A stretch of DNA of 64,000 bases from positions 16,083 through 80,082 of the IMG/VR virus record IMGVR_UViG_3300032282_005588. The stretch is one strand, 5' to 3'. The notes under the pieces were generated by a model that was not told the origin of the DNA, did not search any database, and saw nothing but the letters and a program-made list of their open reading frames with translations. The stretch is from a virus. Shown piece by piece: positions 60,333-64,000 of this stretch; within the stretch, counting starts at the first letter, position 1; each line of letters opens with the position of its first letter. The translations under genes and the position numbers were made by a program.

Positions 60333-61046
60333 ATGATAATAACATTTATATCAGATACACATAATAAACATAAATATCTTACTAAAGATTTACCTGGAGG
60401 AGACTTACTTATACACGCTGGGGATATATCTTCAATGGGGTATAAATACGAAATACAAGAATTTTGTGATTGGTTTGATGAAATTAATAACTACGATACA
60501 AAAGTGTTTATCGCGGGAAATCACGATTGGGGTTTTCAAACAAAACCAGATCAATGTAAAGGTTTATTAACTGGGTATAAAACTATTGATTATTTGGAAG
60601 ATGAAGAATTGGTGTTATATTTTGACGGACTGAATGGGGATAGATCAGAAGATAATATTAGAATATATGGCACACCTTGGCAACCTGAATTTTATAACTG
60701 GGCGTTTAATTTACCAAAAAATGGTGAAGAATTACAATCTAAATGGAATGCTATTCCTGAAGATACAGATATACTTATAACACATGGTCCCGCTTGGGGT
60801 ATTTTAGATGATGTTATAGATAGACGAGGTCTACATTTAGGATGTGAGTTACTAGCTAAACGTGTGCAGAAAATAAAACCCAAGATTCATGTTTGTGGAC
60901 ATATTCATACTGGTAGAGGTATCTATGAAAAAGATGGAACTTTGTATATTAATGCTTCTGCATTAAATGAACAATATCAATACACTTATAATCCTATTAC
61001 TATCGATTATAATTTTAATAATAATAAATACGAAATAATACTTTAA
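60333..61046 (+). CDS. Calcineurin-like metallophosphoesterase (tandem paralog)
   Basis: SDTH, HAGD, GNHD, THGP, CGHIH. Confidence 0.9.
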   Translation: MIITFISDTHNKHKYLTKDLPGGDLLIHAGDISSMGYKYEIQEFCDWFDEINNYDTKVFIAGNHDWGFQTKPDQCKGLLTGYKTIDYLEDEELVLYFDGLNGDRSEDNIRIYGTPWQPEFYNWAFNLPKNGEELQSKWNAIPEDTDILITHGPAWGILDDVIDRRGLHLGCELLAKRVQKIKPKIHVCGHIHTGRGIYEKDGTLYINASALNEQYQYTYNPITIDYNFNNNKYEIIL

Positions 61047-61058
61047 TAAATAATTAAT

Positions 61059-61649
61059 ATGTTTAAATTAAATCAAATCCATTTTTATAACTCAGTTAAA
61101 TTAAGTTATGAAAAAATAAAAACAAAACAACTCCTAACTTATGTAGGATCTACTATTATGTCAGCTATATTAATTGGAATAATAGCTGGATTTATATCAA
61201 GTAAATTATCTACAACACAAATTACTGAACAGGAAAGGGTTTATATTATAAATGAATATAATAAGTTTTCCAATGAAGCATTAATTGATTATATGCAAGA
61301 ATTAAAAATAAAATTCCCATATATTGTATTAGCCCAATCTATGGTTGAAACTGGGAATTTTACATCTAAAATATTTAAAACTAATCATAACTTATTTGGG
61401 ATGAAAGTTGCAACTATCAGACCTACTACAAATTTAGGAGAACAATCAGGTCATGCTTATTATAGTAATTGGAAAAATTCAGTTATTGATTATGCTTTAT
61501 GGCAATGTAGAGTATTGAATGTTATTCAAACAGAAAATCAGTATTATGAATATTTATATGAACACTATGCTGAAGATAAGTCATATGTAGCTTTGGTTAA
61601 AAAGATTATTGAGGATAATAAATTAAAAGATAAATTCGATGAAAATTAA
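61059..61649 (+). CDS. Membrane-anchored glucosaminidase (GH73-like) peptidoglycan hydrolase
   Basis: TM helix, then LAQS.VETG, NLFGMK, YAED..Y. Confidence 0.8.
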   Translation: MFKLNQIHFYNSVKLSYEKIKTKQLLTYVGSTIMSAILIGIIAGFISSKLSTTQITEQERVYIINEYNKFSNEALIDYMQELKIKFPYIVLAQSMVETGNFTSKIFKTNHNLFGMKVATIRPTTNLGEQSGHAYYSNWKNSVIDYALWQCRVLNVIQTENQYYEYLYEHYAEDKSYVALVKKIIEDNKLKDKFDEN

Positions 61650-62186
61650 AAAAACATTTATAAATTATAAACATTATGCTGATTACTTGTTAAAACAAGA
61701 GGGTGTAGATGATAAAATATTAGATGATCTTTTAAATAAAGGTCTCTTAAAAAGAATTAATACTCTAAGCAAAGATGGATATACAGTAATTGGATTTAGT
61801 CCCATGACTAAAGATGAATTTAAAAAAAGTAAATTTTATATAATTAATAAATTAATACCATGGTTAAAATAATTAAATTAAACGATAATAATCGTATTTG
61901 TATTACTAAAAAAATGTTTGAATCTTATATAAATATTGATTATATGGATCCAATTAATATTACATCAATTAGATTAGGAACGTTATCTGATGGAAAATGG
62001 GAATATCCTAATATAGGTTCTTTTAATAAATTAATACAGTTAAGTAAACAAAATGGTGGAATAAAATATTTTATAAAACGAGGTCAATTTGAAGATGTAG
62101 TTGATTTCGATATTAATTTAAGATGGAATTGTTTTAAACGTCGTTTTAATATTCAAGTTCATAAATTAACTAAAAATATATTTTAA
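61639..62186 (+). other. Two hypothetical genes (61639-61872, 61860-62186)
   Basis: Overlapping coupled ORFs. Confidence 0.55.
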
Positions 62187-62629
62187 TGAAAAAATTAATA
62201 TTAATACCTTTATTATTTATTTGTCTTTATTTAAAAGCACAAGTAACATTTGATTCTATTTATCACGAACTTAAAAGACAAGAAATCAAATACCCAGAAT
62301 TATTTACAGCATTAGCTATAACTGAAAGTGGATTAGGTACTTATGATGAAGATATTTTTCTTATTAGTATTAATAATTTTTGGTTATTAGAATATGAAAA
62401 AAAATGTAATTGTATTAATAAGGAAGGATTTTGTTCTTATAAAGACTTAACAACTGCTATAAAAGATTTAAAAAAAAGATTTGCTCCAACATTAAAAAAA
62501 GTACATTCTGAAGAACAAATGATTAAATATTTATGTATGTATTATGTGGGTGTAAGTCCTCAATCATTTAAAGGTGAATTATGGGTACGTAAATTAATAA
62601 CAATATATAACGATTCATTTTTTGAATAA
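62186..62629 (+). CDS. Secreted lysozyme/glucosaminidase-like protein
   Basis: Signal peptide, A.AITESG, NNFW. Resembles 61059. Confidence 0.5.
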   Translation: MKKLILIPLLFICLYLKAQVTFDSIYHELKRQEIKYPELFTALAITESGLGTYDEDIFLISINNFWLLEYEKKCNCINKEGFCSYKDLTTAIKDLKKRFAPTLKKVHSEEQMIKYLCMYYVGVSPQSFKGELWVRKLITIYNDSFFE

Positions 62630-62814
62630 TGAAAATACTTATTTCAATTTTATTATTATCACCACCAAAAGGATTAATAATAACTACTATACAAAGTAAT
62701 TTATCTGACTCTTGTAGGACAACTATTAGATTATTAGATAATAATAAAGATACTATTGTTTATTTTCCTAAAAATAAATGTCCTGAGATCAGGACTATAA
62801 TAACATTAAAATGA
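62629..62814 (+). CDS. Small hypothetical protein
   Basis: Coupled ORF. Confidence 0.45.
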   Translation: MKILISILLLSPPKGLIITTIQSNLSDSCRTTIRLLDNNKDTIVYFPKNKCPEIRTIITLK

Positions 62815-64000
62815 AAAAATTTATATTATTACTATCATTTTTTATAACTTTAAAAATCCAGGCTTCGCACGTAATGGGGGCTGACTTTGAGTACCAATGT
62901 TTAGGTAAAGACTCTTTTTACATAACAGTAAAAGTTTACAAAGACTGTAAAGGAGTAAACTTATCACCCATTGCTTTAATTATTACTCCGCTTTCAGCTG
63001 GATGTAGTTGGAGTACTTCAGCATCAATGACTCAAGTATCATGTGAAGATATTACACCTGTTTGTAAAAAATCTTGTTCTAAATGTGACAGACAGAATTG
63101 TAATGCAAATGGATATCCTAATGGAAGTAATTCTGGTTGTGCTTTTCAATATGGAATGGAAAAATTAACATTTAAATATTTGTTAGTTTTCCCTTCTAGT
63201 ATCAATAGTAAATGTTGTAAATTTAGAGTTAGTTATGAGCAATGTTGTAGAAATGGAAATATTACTACCTGTTGTGCAGGAGATAATTTCTTTTCATATG
63301 CAGAGTTTGACCGTTGTGTTAAACCTTGTAATTCTTCTCCAGTATTAGCTAATGATCCTGTTGCCATTCTTTGTGCAGGAAATTGTATTTGTTTAAACAA
63401 TGGAGCACGTGACACAGCAAACTTTGACTCAATTTCTTACAATCTTAGTTCAGCATTAGCTGCTTTTGGAACTCCAACATCATATAATAACCCATATACA
63501 GCTGTTCCAGGAAAACCAGGAGCTGCATCAGGAGGGCCTTTACAATACAAAGGTTTCCCTAAATACAAACCTAATCCAGCCCAACAATGTAGTGGTTTTG
63601 TGTTAGACTCAGTTACTGGAGATTTATGTTTTACACCACAAATACAACAAGTAGGTGTATTGGCTATAGATATTATAGAGTGGCGACGAGACTCTGTAAC
63701 AGGTAAGATGGTAAAAATTGGGCTCACACGGCGTGATATGCAAATTATCATCATGGCCAATTGCACCAACAAACCACCTGTAATTAAAGGTCCATTTTCA
63801 CAAATAGTTTGTGCAAACGATTTGGTTTGTTTTACTGATATGCAGATTACTGATCCTGATATGCTCAATGGTGCTCAAAAAGATTCAGTTAGGGTAAAAT
63901 GGAACTTTGGTATACCTAAAGCAACTTTTACTAAAAAATGGAATGGAAAGAATGAAGAATGGACACTTTGTTGGCAAACTACAAACAAAGACGCTCCTAA
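62811..64000 (+). CDS. Secreted Cys-rich Bacteroidota-type surface protein (T9SS-cargo-like), 3'-partial and absent from the ORF track
   Basis: Frame is open to the window end. MKKFILLLSFFITLKIQA-SHVMGADFEYQCLG...YKDC.G, CCRN, NSSP, LDSVTGD..FTP, EWR, RRDMQ. Confidence 0.75.
   Translation, partial: MKKFILLLSFFITLKIQASHVMGADFEYQCLGKDSFYITVKVYKDCKGVNLSPIALIITPLSAGCSWSTSASMTQVSCEDITPVCKKSCSKCDRQNCNANGYPNGSNSGCAFQYGMEKLTFKYLLVFPSSINSKCCKFRVSYEQCCRNGNITTCCAGDNFFSYAEFDRCVKPCNSSPVLANDPVAILCAGNCICLNNGARDTANFDSISYNLSSALAAFGTPTSYNNPYTAVPGKPGAASGGPLQYKGFPKYKPNPAQQCSGFVLDSVTGDLCFTPQIQQVGVLAIDIIEWRRDSVTGKMVKIGLTRRDMQIIIMANCTNKPPVIKGPFSQIVCANDLVCFTDMQITDPDMLNGAQKDSVRVKWNFGIPKATFTKKWNGKNEEWTLCWQTTNKDAP

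Overview
This is a very AT-rich, densely coding, almost entirely plus-strand segment of a large (jumbo-like) phage genome. The host is probably Bacteroidota: leaders are A-rich with no Shine-Dalgarno, promoters are TTGG-N19-TAYATT or TAnnTTTG-like, and a Bacteroidota-type secreted protein gene sits at the right end. Layout: 7-deazaguanine/nucleotide genes (queE, folE, hpt, dut/dcd); a repeat-rich fibre-like protein; a T4-like replication module (PolB, clamp, clamp loader) with groES/groEL; a ~16 kb glycosylation island; an accessory region; a split thyA; and an early region with a repeated promoter/operator, tRNA-like elements and AT-hook proteins. Best candidate for an undescribed system: an integron-like array of six hairpin-first gene cassettes (35571-37809) next to an intact tyrosine recombinase that appears to lack the IntI-specific insert. 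A seventh cassette of the same design sits inside a tRNA(CAT) gene 14 kb away (52036-52297), which maps the mobile unit and the crossover point. Other highlights: a second gene-accretion array punctuated by four copies of the thyA 3' end, thyA split by a free-standing HNH endonuclease, and a gene set predicted to make an erwiniose-like C10 branched sugar. All calls come from reading motifs by eye. No database searches were run, so novelty is unverified.
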